This document shows positions 1 to 8,427 of a stretch of DNA of 64,000 nt, one piece after another. Below the pieces are notes generated by a model that worked only from the letters and a program-made list of their open reading frames with translations, searched no databases and was not told the DNA's origin. The stretch is taken from assembly GCA_021827685.1 (NCBI GenBank), contig JAKAUM010000007.1:9842-73841 (forward strand), read 5' to 3'. The first letter of the stretch is position 1, and each line of letters starts with the position of its first letter. The DNA is from a bacterium. GTDB lineage: Bacteria; Patescibacteriota; Minisyncoccia; UBA6257; 2-01-FULL-56-20. The position numbers and the translations under genes were made by a program.

Positions 1-1
1 T

Positions 2-757
2 ATGGGCTTCGCCCCGCAGTTGAAAAGGATCCTCCCGCTCCTGCCCGCGGAACGGCAGACGCTCCTCTTCTCCGCCACCATGCCGGAAAATATCGTCGCC
101 ATGGCGCGCGCATATTTAAAGCTCCCCCTGCGCGTCGAGATCGCGCGCTCGGGAACGGCGGCGGAGAACGTGACCCAGGAATTGTTTTTCGTTTCCCAGC
201 CGGAAAAAACGCGCCTCCTCGAAAAGGTGCTGCAGGAATACCGCGGTTCGGTTCTTGTGTTCCTGAGGACTAAATTCACCGCCAAAAAGCTCGCGACGCA
301 TCTCCGCGCGCTCGGCCACGCCGCCGCCGAACTTCATTCCAACCGTTCATTGAATCAACGGCGGGAAGCACTCGACGGATTCAAGAAAGGAAGATACCGG
401 ATCATCGTTGCGACGGACATCGCCGCCAGGGGCATCGACGTAAATAATATCGAGCTTGTCGTAAACTACGACCTTCCTTCCGTTTCGGAAGATTATGTCC
501 ACCGGATCGGCCGCACCGGCCGGGCGGGCGGCGCCGGGCACGCGATTTCCTTCGCAAGGCCGGACCAGAGAAGGGACGTGCAGGATATCGAGCGGCTTAT
601 GAGAACCACCCTCTCGGTTTCAAAACTGCCGGCATTGCCGCCCCTGCTTTACGCCGCGCCTTCATCCCCCACCGCATCGCGCAAGCCGGCTCCGCCGCTG
701 CGCGGAAGGAACGACTTCCGCCGGAGGAACCATATTAGGCATTTCGAAAAAAGATAA
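2..757 (+). CDS. DEAD-box RNA helicase (RhlE-like), 5'-truncated by window
   Basis: Motifs LFSATMP, ATDIAARGID, YVHRIGRTGRAG; basic C-terminal tail. Confidence 0.93.
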   Translation: MGFAPQLKRILPLLPAERQTLLFSATMPENIVAMARAYLKLPLRVEIARSGTAAENVTQELFFVSQPEKTRLLEKVLQEYRGSVLVFLRTKFTAKKLATHLRALGHAAAELHSNRSLNQRREALDGFKKGRYRIIVATDIAARGIDVNNIELVVNYDLPSVSEDYVHRIGRTGRAGGAGHAISFARPDQRRDVQDIERLMRTTLSVSKLPALPPLLYAAPSSPTASRKPAPPLRGRNDFRRRNHIRHFEKR

Positions 758-773
758 GATGCGCCCCGGCCGT

Positions 774-1499
774 TCACGCCCGGCGCCCGGGCCATTTCGC
801 CTTCTTGATCTTCTCGAATAGCGGCTGGTAGATATCTTCCCGCGGATCGATGAAAAGTTCCCGCGGGTCGGTTTTATCCTTGAATTCCACGGGTGCGTTT
901 TTAATCACGGCGAGCGGCTGGCGTTCCGCCCCCTCCCCCATCATAAGCACTGCGGCAGTCGCCAGGGAATCGGCGACGTCCGTACGGGACAATCTGAGAA
1001 TCCGCCCGAATATGTCGGGCGTTCCCCGGTAATCCCGGATCCCGCCGAAGCCGCTATAGCCGAGCGCGACCCCCACGATGCCCGCACGGAGAGGGAGAAG
1101 CCGGCTGTCCGTGATGATGACGCCGAGATTCTTTATACGATAATGCCTCTTGAGCTCCTCGCGGATGCGGCGCGCCGCGGCGAAACTGTTTTTCGGCAGT
1201 AAGATGAGTTTGCCGTCGGCGTTGGATTCGTCGACGCCGGCCGAGGCCATCACCATATTATCCTTGATCGTAAGCCAGGTATGTTTCGTCCGCATGCGCC
1301 ACTGGCTTTCGGATTTGATGACGCGTGCGCGGGTGCCGGCATCCTTTATCCTGCGCACCCGCCCTTCCGACAAAGCGACGATTTTCGAGGTAATGACGAT
1401 AATCGAGCCGTTCTTAACCTTCTTCGCATGGCGCACGACAAAAGGAAGGAGCGGCTCCCCTTCTTTAAAAACACGGGTTTTGATCGGCTGAATCAGCAT
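774..1499 (-). CDS. F420-0:gamma-glutamyl ligase (CofE)-like protein
   Basis: ITSKIVALSEG, AGVDESN, IITDS, DSLATAAVLMMGEG motifs; start moved to MLIQPIKT because the longer ORF overlaps secA. Confidence 0.8.
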   Translation of the reverse strand: MLIQPIKTRVFKEGEPLLPFVVRHAKKVKNGSIIVITSKIVALSEGRVRRIKDAGTRARVIKSESQWRMRTKHTWLTIKDNMVMASAGVDESNADGKLILLPKNSFAAARRIREELKRHYRIKNLGVIITDSRLLPLRAGIVGVALGYSGFGGIRDYRGTPDIFGRILRLSRTDVADSLATAAVLMMGEGAERQPLAVIKNAPVEFKDKTDPRELFIDPREDIYQPLFEKIKKAKWPGRRA

Positions 1500-1576
1500 C
1501 GCGATTACGGCGCGCGCGTTCTCGCGCATCATAATTATAGTACGCGCGTGGTCGGCGTTAAAAGCCGGAAGCGCCG

Positions 1577-4312
1577 CTATCCTCCCGTAACCTCGTGCTT
1601 TGCGCCCGGTTTCCCGCGGGCCATGTTCGCTTGATGCTCCTGCGTGCCGATCAGCCCGCACTTCTTCCATTTTTTCCCCGATCCGCAGGGACAAGGATCA
1701 TTCCGGCCGATTCCCGCCTCATCCGGATTCGCGGGGCGGGAAACCGCGATCACCGGCGGCGCAACGCCGCCGCCGGACACCGCCGCGAGCTTGAATGCGT
1801 TTGCGAACACCATGCCGTTGAAATTATCCCAGAAGCTCCTGAAAAGCCGGTGCGCTTCCTGCCGGTATTCTACGAGCGGGTCGCGCTGGCCGTAGGCGCG
1901 AAGGCCGATGGCCTCTTGGATAGCCTCCAATTCTTCCAGATGGTTCATCCACAGCATGTCGAGGATTCCCAGAAGCTGGTTTTTTGCGGCAGGACTCTCG
2001 GCCGCGAGGGCGGCGCGCGCTTCCATTATCTTTTTCATCGCATCGGGATCGTCCGGCGCGGCGGGCGTCGGCGCATCGGCGCCAATAAGCCCTGCTTCCC
2101 CGAGGGCGCGGATCAGATCTCCGCGCGGTCCGCCTTCCGTTCCCGCCGCGCCGCCTCCTTCGCGAGCCGCGCCCGCGCCGCCCGCGGACGCGAGCAGTCC
2201 TTCATAATGCGCCGCCGCCGCCTCGACAACGGCTCGCGCGAGATCCTCCTTTGAAAGTATCTCGAGCATCTCCGACCGGCGGCGGTAGACGGCCGCGCGC
2301 TGCTTATTGAGGACGTCGTCGTATTCAAGGAGGTGTTTCCGCAAGTCGAAGTTCGCGCCTTCCACTTTCTCCTGCGCCTGCTCGACCGCCTTCGTCACGA
2401 ACTTGAACTCGATCGGCTGGTCGTCGGGGACATCGAGCCGCTCCATCATGTTTTTCAGCCGGTCGCCGCCGAAAATCCGGAGAAGGTCGTCCTCGGCGGA
2501 GAGGAAGAACTGCGTGGAGCCGGGATCGCCCTGGCGCCCGGAGCGGCCGCGGAGCTGGTTATCGATGCGCCGCGCTTCGTGGCGCTCGGTTCCGAGCACG
2601 TGCAGGCCGCCGAGCTCGCGCACTTTCGCCGCTTCCTCCGGCGACGGCGGGTTCCCGCCGAGGATGATGTCGACGCCGCGGCCAGCCACGTTCGTCGCCA
2701 CCGTCACCGCGCCGGCGCGGCCCGCTTGGGCGATGATCGCCCCTTCGCGCTCGTTATTCTTCGCATTCAGCGTCTCGTGCGGAATGCCCGCTTCCGAGAG
2801 CGCCGCGGAAAAAAGCTCGTTTTTCGCGATGGAAGTCGTACCCACCAGCACGGGCTGGCCCTTCTCCCGCCGCGCCGCGATCTCGCGCACGACGGCGTCG
2901 ATCTTCGCGCGGAAATTCTTATAAATGAGGTCGTTCAGATCGCGACGGGCGAGGTCCCGGTTCGTCGGGATGCTCACGACTTCGAGCTGGTATACCTTAT
3001 AGAACTCTTCCGCGGAGGTCTGCGCGGTTCCCGTCATGCCGGCGATCTTCCCGTACATGCGGAAATAATTCTGGATGGAAATCTTCGCGTAAGTCCGCGA
3101 CTCGTCCTTGACCATGACGTTCTCTTTCGCTTCGATTGCCTGGTGCAGGCCGCCTTGATACCGGCGGCCGACGAGGATGCGTCCCGTAAACTCGTCGACG
3201 ATCATGACCTCGCCGTTCTTCACGACATAGTCGCGGTCGCGGAAGAAAAGCGCCTTCGCCTTCAAGCTCTCTTCCATGTACCGTACGAGCCGGATGTTCT
3301 CCGGCGCATAAATGTTCCGGAGGCCGAGCGTTTTTTCCACTTTTTCGACGCCTGCGTCAGTGATGGAAACGGATTTTTTCTTCTCGTCCACCGTATAATC
3401 CTCGTCCTTTTCGAGGAGCGCCGCGATGCGGGAAAAGGTCTTATAGGCGTCGCTCGACTGCGCATCCGGCGCCGCGATGATGAGGGGCGTGCGCGCCTCG
3501 TCGATCAGGATGCTGTCCACCTCGTCAATAATCGCGTAATAATGCCCGCGCTGGACGCGGTCTTCGAGCCGATAGACGAGATTGTCGCGCAGGTAGTCAA
3601 AGCCAAATTCGTGGTTCGTGCCGTAGGTCACGTCGGCGGCATAGGCCTCGCCGCGCGCAATCGGACGGAGGAATTCCTGCTGGACAAGGAAACTCCCGGT
3701 TGTATCGCGCTCCTTGTCGAGCAGTTTCGATGCTTCCGGGTTCTGCGCGCCGGCCGCGGCGGCGGCGCCCGCGGCCGCCCCGCCCGCGGCAATCGCCGGG
3801 CCTTCCTCCGGCGCTTTATAGAGCGGGTCGTACGAGAACGCGGCGTTCGGAACAAGGCAGGCGACGCTCAGCCCGAGCGCGCGGTAGATCTGGCCCATCC
3901 AGACGGCGTCGCGGCGCGCGAGGTATTCGTTCACCGTCACCACGTGTACGCCGCGGCCCGCGAGCGCGTTCAGATAGGCGGGCGCCACGGCCGCAAGCGT
4001 CTTCCCTTCCCCCGTCATCATTTCAGCCACCGCCCCGCGGTGCATGACTATGCCGCCCATGAGCTGGACGTCGAACGGGCGCTGGCCGAGAGTCCGCTTC
4101 GCCGCCTCGCGCGCAAGCGCGAAGGCCCGCGGCATAAGGACGTCGAGCGGTTCGCCTCCCGCGGCGCGTTCCTTCAGCTTCATGCTTTCCTCGCGCAATC
4201 CTTCCGCGGAGAGGCCCGCGATCTCGGTTTCGAGGGCACTGATTTCTTTCACCCTCTCCTCAAGCTCCCCGCGCGAGCGCTTGTCGAAAAAATGTTTTAT
4301 GGGGCCGAACAT
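1577..4312 (-). CDS. secA: Preprotein translocase ATPase SecA
   Basis: EMMTGEGKT, IDEVDSILIDEARTPLII, RIDNQLRGRSGRQGDPG, C-terminal SEC-C GRNDPCPCGSGKKWKKC. Confidence 0.98.
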   Translation of the reverse strand: MFGPIKHFFDKRSRGELEERVKEISALETEIAGLSAEGLREESMKLKERAAGGEPLDVLMPRAFALAREAAKRTLGQRPFDVQLMGGIVMHRGAVAEMMTGEGKTLAAVAPAYLNALAGRGVHVVTVNEYLARRDAVWMGQIYRALGLSVACLVPNAAFSYDPLYKAPEEGPAIAAGGAAAGAAAAAGAQNPEASKLLDKERDTTGSFLVQQEFLRPIARGEAYAADVTYGTNHEFGFDYLRDNLVYRLEDRVQRGHYYAIIDEVDSILIDEARTPLIIAAPDAQSSDAYKTFSRIAALLEKDEDYTVDEKKKSVSITDAGVEKVEKTLGLRNIYAPENIRLVRYMEESLKAKALFFRDRDYVVKNGEVMIVDEFTGRILVGRRYQGGLHQAIEAKENVMVKDESRTYAKISIQNYFRMYGKIAGMTGTAQTSAEEFYKVYQLEVVSIPTNRDLARRDLNDLIYKNFRAKIDAVVREIAARREKGQPVLVGTTSIAKNELFSAALSEAGIPHETLNAKNNEREGAIIAQAGRAGAVTVATNVAGRGVDIILGGNPPSPEEAAKVRELGGLHVLGTERHEARRIDNQLRGRSGRQGDPGSTQFFLSAEDDLLRIFGGDRLKNMMERLDVPDDQPIEFKFVTKAVEQAQEKVEGANFDLRKHLLEYDDVLNKQRAAVYRRRSEMLEILSKEDLARAVVEAAAAHYEGLLASAGGAGAAREGGGAAGTEGGPRGDLIRALGEAGLIGADAPTPAAPDDPDAMKKIMEARAALAAESPAAKNQLLGILDMLWMNHLEELEAIQEAIGLRAYGQRDPLVEYRQEAHRLFRSFWDNFNGMVFANAFKLAAVSGGGVAPPVIAVSRPANPDEAGIGRNDPCPCGSGKKWKKCGLIGTQEHQANMARGKPGAKHEVTGG

Positions 4313-4315
4313 AGT

Positions 4316-4636
4316 TCAACGCGCCGCGGCCCGGCGCGTCTTATATTTTTCTATCTCGAGGCGCAGAGTGTCGCGCGCGCGGTTGATGGCGGCGCGGGCA
4401 TCTCCGGCATATTCTTCGGCGCGAAGCACCTTGCGGGGAAGGCGTAAACTGGCTGCCGCGACGAACACGTCCCCCTTCCGGTGATGGCGCGTCGTGCGCG
4501 ATATTTCAATCCATATTTCCGCCTCTCCCGTCTCGTCAAAACGCTTGACAAACTTTGCGAGCGTCCCGAGCTTCTCTTCTATATATTTCCTGAACGAAGG
4601 AGTGAGATCGGTACCGGCCTTGATGTTGATTTTCAT
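4316..4636 (-). CDS. hpf: Ribosome hibernation factor (HPF/RaiA family, short form)
   Basis: MKINIK..DLTPSFRKYIEEKL..L.KF, HHRKGDVF, LRAEE...AAIN; typical position upstream of secA. Confidence 0.85.
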   Translation of the reverse strand: MKINIKAGTDLTPSFRKYIEEKLGTLAKFVKRFDETGEAEIWIEISRTTRHHRKGDVFVAAASLRLPRKVLRAEEYAGDARAAINRARDTLRLEIEKYKTRRAAAR

Positions 4637-4658
4637 AAAATTCGTTATGGCACTTATT

Positions 4659-5720
4659 TTATACAATTTGGACCTCCTCTTCCAATTCAACGGAAAACCT
4701 CTTCTTTACCGCCGCTTTCGCAAGCCCCATGAGCGCTTTCACGTCCGATGCCTGCGCGTCGAGGGCATTCACGATAAAATTCGGATGCCGCCCCGAAATC
4801 ATGGCGCCTCCCGCAGAAACTCCGCGCAAACCGGTTTCGGCGACGAGCTTCGCCGCCGAAACGACGGGGAACGGATCGTTCTTCACCGAAAAATGCGACC
4901 CGCGGTAGACGATGCGCGCAGCCCGGAGCGCCTCGCGGTACGCCGCGCCTTGTTTGCCGAGTCCGCCGCGTCCGCGCCCGCGCCGCAAGGCCGCAAGCGG
5001 CACATTCTTGAAAATGCTCCCGATATTCGGATAATCGAGCGGATGATTCCTCTCGCGATAAGCGATTTTTTCGCGGATGGAATCCGCAATCGCTTTTTTG
5101 CCGCCCTTCCTTAAACGGAGCGCCGCTTCGAGAATGATCTCCCGCCCATTTTTCTTTTTGAAAATGCTCGCGCGATAGCCGAAGCCGCACGCGCGCGCAT
5201 TGCGCAGGAGAGGCTTCATGGCGCGCGCGTCGAAACTGCGCACCGATTCGACAACGTCTTTCATTTCTCCGCCGAAACAGCCCGCGTTGCCGCGGATCGC
5301 TCCGCCGACCGTGCCCGGCAGGCCGCCCGCCCATTCGAGGCCGGAAAGCGAATGCTTGACGCAAAAATCCAGTAGATCGCTCATGAGCACGCCTGCGCCG
5401 ACGGCGACCCTGTATTCCGCAGGCCCGGCCGGAGCAAGGTTCCGCCTTCCCGCCCGCACTACCCGTGCCGCCCGCGCGATGCGCCGCGCGCGCAGAACCC
5501 GGATCGCCGACTTGAGCACGAGCCCGGGGAATCCCCGGTCATTAATGAGAAGATTCGTTCCGCCGCCGAGGATGAGTATCGGCAGTTTGCGCTTCTTCGC
5601 TTCGCGGACGGCCCAGCCGACCTCGCGTTCATTTTTTGGCGAAAAGAAAAAGCGGGCGGGGCCGCCTATCTTATAATTGCTCAAGCGCCGCAAGGGCACG
5701 TCTTCTTTAAATTTCGGCAT
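4659..5720 (-). CDS. murB: UDP-N-acetylenolpyruvoylglucosamine reductase
   Basis: KIGGPA, LGGGTNLL, GLPGTVGGAIRGNAG, FGYRASIFK, GSIFKN, HPNFIVN, LEEEV. Confidence 0.95.
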   Translation of the reverse strand: MPKFKEDVPLRRLSNYKIGGPARFFFSPKNEREVGWAVREAKKRKLPILILGGGTNLLINDRGFPGLVLKSAIRVLRARRIARAARVVRAGRRNLAPAGPAEYRVAVGAGVLMSDLLDFCVKHSLSGLEWAGGLPGTVGGAIRGNAGCFGGEMKDVVESVRSFDARAMKPLLRNARACGFGYRASIFKKKNGREIILEAALRLRKGGKKAIADSIREKIAYRERNHPLDYPNIGSIFKNVPLAALRRGRGRGGLGKQGAAYREALRAARIVYRGSHFSVKNDPFPVVSAAKLVAETGLRGVSAGGAMISGRHPNFIVNALDAQASDVKALMGLAKAAVKKRFSVELEEEVQIV

Positions 5721-5814
5721 ATTAACCCGTCGCGCCTGCGCGGATTCCGCAAGCTGGATACGCGTGCGAAACCGGACGACGGGGAGCCGGGGCGCGCGGG
5801 AAACCGGCGGGCAT

Positions 5815-5861
5815 GCCGCTCCGCCAAAACTTCTCCGGAGAAGAGGGCTTGGCGGAGCGGC
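5815..5861. repeat. GC-rich inverted repeat (REP-like hairpin)
   Basis: GCCGCTCCGCCAA...TTGGCGGAGCGGC 13-bp perfect stem enclosing palindrome CTTCTCCGGAGAAG. Confidence 0.7.
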
Positions 5862-5920
5862 TATGGTGACCTCCGATTCTTTTTGATTTGAACGAGTGCT
5901 CTCTAGCCGGCTCCGCTTTC

Positions 5921-5948
5921 AGTATACAAGCCAATGATTAAATTACAA
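5921..5948 (-). promoter_or_regulatory. Sigma70-like promoter upstream of murB leader
   Basis: TTGTAA-16 nt-(TG)TATACT on minus strand. Confidence 0.5.
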
Positions 5949-5949
5949 T

Positions 5950-6048
5950 AAACCGACCAAAAACCCCCTTTCGGGGGCTTTGGCCAAAAAGAATCGTGTG
6001 GGACATGCCTTAGTCGACGTCGTCGTTAAGGTATGCTCGCACCCATTC
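5950..6048 (-). ncRNA. Candidate small structured RNA (long hairpin, U-tract, GAAA-capped hairpin)
   Basis: Follows the promoter at 6055-6083; stem GCATACCTTA/TAAGGCATGT; second hairpin GGCCAAAGCCCCC-GAAA-GGGGGTTTTTGGTC. Confidence 0.45.
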
Positions 6049-6054
6049 ACTGGC

Positions 6055-6083
6055 ATTCTACCAGATATCTCGAAAATGTGCAA
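6055..6083 (-). promoter_or_regulatory. Sigma70-like promoter with extended -10
   Basis: TTGCAC-17 nt-TAGAAT with TGn before the -10. Confidence 0.6.
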
Positions 6084-6117
6084 GCCCCGTGCGGCGGCAT
6101 CCCGCGCCGTGGCGCCC

Positions 6118-6756
6118 TTATATGCGCTTCGGTTCTACCCTCGACTGCCGGAAAACCAGATATTTGTATGCGAGGAAGTCCCAAAGGAAAGAAGCCGCGA
6201 TGCCGGCAAGAGCTCCGACGTTCGCCCAGACGTTCGCAGAAACGCCCGCGGGCCGCGCAACGCCGCTGAACACGTAAGAAGCGACGCTTACGTTTAAAAG
6301 GAACCCGACCGCGGCCGCGGCATAGAATTTGACCGCTTGCGCCGCGTTCACCGGCTCGTGCGCTTCGAAAGTCCAGAACTTGTTCCATGCGTAACTGTTC
6401 GTAGTCGAACAGAGGAACGAGATGCTCTTGAAAATCCGGTATCCCCAGACGCCGGGCGCGCCGAAGAGGATGATTTCGAGGTTCAAAACGCCGACATCCA
6501 CGAAACTATTCAGGGTACCCACTGCCGCGAATTTGCCGAACTGATACAGTACGCGCACGAACCTGCTCAGGAGATAGAGGACGGAAAGCGCGAGGGGCGC
6601 GAATGCCGTAAAGCCGAGGAACACGGCCGCGCGGCGCGCGGGAGTGAGCGCCAAGTGGAACTGACCCGCCACGTTCGCGAGAATCGGCTGGGAAAGAAGT
6701 CCGACGGCGGCGCCGATTACGAGCGCCGCCCAAAAATCACTTCGTTTCATAAACAA
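6118..6756 (-). CDS. GtrA-family membrane protein
   Basis: QFGKFAAVGTLNSFVD, NSYAWNKFWTF, WDFLAYKYLVF; multiple TM helices. Confidence 0.85.
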   Translation of the reverse strand: MFMKRSDFWAALVIGAAVGLLSQPILANVAGQFHLALTPARRAAVFLGFTAFAPLALSVLYLLSRFVRVLYQFGKFAAVGTLNSFVDVGVLNLEIILFGAPGVWGYRIFKSISFLCSTTNSYAWNKFWTFEAHEPVNAAQAVKFYAAAAVGFLLNVSVASYVFSGVARPAGVSANVWANVGALAGIAASFLWDFLAYKYLVFRQSRVEPKRI

Positions 6757-7489
6757 TGGTCACGCTATCCGTGATCTCCCGCGTCCCCGGCTGGAGATTC
6801 GGAACTGCTGCGCTACCCGCGCTAAGCGCCACGGCGGAGTCCATCGCGCCATAGAACGGCTGAGGCAGATATGAGTTCTCCGCCACGCTGACCGGCCGGC
6901 CAAGCGAAACGCCGGCCTCCTGCGCCATCTCCTGCGCCTTTGCCCGCGCCAAGCTGAACGCGTCAGCGCGCGCCGCGGCGAGCGCCTTATTCCCGTCGCT
7001 GAAGGTGAAATCAACCGATCCGACCTGGTTCACGCCGAGCGGCGCGAGGCCGCCGAGCACCGAAGCCACCTTGGAGAGGTCGCGCACTTTGACCGTGACC
7101 GTCTGCGTAAGCATGTAGCCCGAGATGCCGCCGCGCAGAACCGTCTTCCCCGATTGATAAATCGGCGCAAGGCTGTAATCGGCGGTCGCGATATCGCTCG
7201 TCGCGATCCCCTGCGATTCGAGGAATCCGATTGCCGCGTTCATCTTTTGATCGTTGAGATTCGAAAGGTCTGATGGGTTCGCCCCCTGTGTAACGACCGA
7301 GAAGGAAATCTCGGCAAGATCGGGGGCGGCCAAAGTTTTTCCCTGTGCGGTTACCGTAAGCGTATGCGCCGGCGCAAAGCTCTCGCCGAGCCGCCGCACC
7401 GCCGGCATCACGAAGAACACAAGATTCACTATCGCGACCGCGAGAAGCGCGTCCAAAAGAATCCAGAACCATAGTTTCGACCGTTCCAT
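6737..7489 (-). CDS. SIMPL/DUF541 domain protein
   Basis: N-terminal TM; TVTAQG..A.PDLAEISFSV, ARADAF..ARAKAQEMA, PGTREIT.SVTIVY. Confidence 0.88.
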   Translation of the reverse strand: MERSKLWFWILLDALLAVAIVNLVFFVMPAVRRLGESFAPAHTLTVTAQGKTLAAPDLAEISFSVVTQGANPSDLSNLNDQKMNAAIGFLESQGIATSDIATADYSLAPIYQSGKTVLRGGISGYMLTQTVTVKVRDLSKVASVLGGLAPLGVNQVGSVDFTFSDGNKALAAARADAFSLARAKAQEMAQEAGVSLGRPVSVAENSYLPQPFYGAMDSAVALSAGSAAVPNLQPGTREITDSVTIVYETK

Positions 7490-7510
7490 TTTATTATTTT
7501 TATTTTTGGT

Positions 7511-8308
7511 TTATTTGTTTTTTCCGCGCGGGGCGGCCGAAGCGGCATCCAATAAATCCGCGAACTCCCCGGCGCGCAGACTCGCGCCCCCGACAAGGGC
7601 GCCGTCTATTTCCTTTAATGATATATAATCCCGGATATTTTTGCCGTCCACGGATCCCCCGTAGAGCACGCGCGGCGCAAAACCCGCCGTTTTCCTCAAA
7701 GAGCGCTTGATAAATGCGGCCATGGCGGCCGCGTCTTCCGGTTTGTCGCGCTTCCCCGTGCCGATCGCCCATACCGGCTCGTAGGCGACGATGACGCGCC
7801 GCGCCGCAGCCGTTCCGCGGATGCCGCGAATATCCTTTTTGAGCTGGACTTCCACGAAATGGCGGGCCGAGGCGATCCCCTTCCGGCGAACCGCTGCCGG
7901 TTCGCCCACGCAGAGGATCGCGCGCAGGCCGTCCGTGAGCGCGCGCTTCAGCTTCCGGTTTATCGCGGCATCGGTTTCATGCATCCATCTGCGGCGTTCC
8001 GAGTGCCCGACGATGACATATTCCGCGCCGAGCGCGCGGAGCATTTTCCCTCCCACCTCGCCCGTATGCGGCCCTTTTTCTTCCCAAAATACGTCCTGCG
8101 CGCCGAGCGCCGGACGGGGCGGCTTCAGGCGGCGGAGTTCGCCCGCGACCTGTTCCAAGAACACGAAAGGCGGGCAGACCGCGACGGAGATGCCGGCCGC
8201 CGCGGCGCGGCTCCGCCGCGCCGCGGCGGCAGTAGCCCGAAAAAGCGCGAGCGCCCGCCGCTCCGTTACCGGATTTTCCTTCCAGTTCGCAATAATGAGT
8301 TTATGCAT
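7511..8308 (-). CDS. tpiA: Triosephosphate isomerase
   Basis: ANWK, VGHSERR, AYEPVWAIGTG, LYGGSV, DGALVGGASL. Confidence 0.97.
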   Translation of the reverse strand: MHKLIIANWKENPVTERRALALFRATAAAARRSRAAAAGISVAVCPPFVFLEQVAGELRRLKPPRPALGAQDVFWEEKGPHTGEVGGKMLRALGAEYVIVGHSERRRWMHETDAAINRKLKRALTDGLRAILCVGEPAAVRRKGIASARHFVEVQLKKDIRGIRGTAAARRVIVAYEPVWAIGTGKRDKPEDAAAMAAFIKRSLRKTAGFAPRVLYGGSVDGKNIRDYISLKEIDGALVGGASLRAGEFADLLDAASAAPRGKNK

Positions 8309-8352
8309 GGCGCTATGCGAATTTCGTGTTTTCTGTCCAAAAACCTTTCTTG

Positions 8353-8427
8353 TACCGCCATCGGGATTTGAACCCGAGTTTTCGCCGTGAGAGGGCGACG
8401 TCCTAGACCGGACTAGACGATGACGGC
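8353..8427 (-). tRNA. tRNA-Glu(CTC)
   Basis: Cloverleaf GCCGTCA...TGGCGGT-A; anticodon arm TCGCC-CT CTC AC-GGCGA; T-loop GGTTCAAATCC. Confidence 0.93.

Noticed and set aside
2333-4447. 704-aa plus-strand ORF, and similar long antisense ORFs at 26474-27856, 53037-54476 and 38153-39076
   Set aside because: Shadows of secA, leuS, the ATPase and tkt; high GC suppresses stops and no motifs are present
5944-6056. Thr-rich frame (…HTLTTTSTK…) as an amino-acid attenuator leader
   Set aside because: Its ATG overlaps the -10 box and the downstream gene is murB, not a Thr pathway gene
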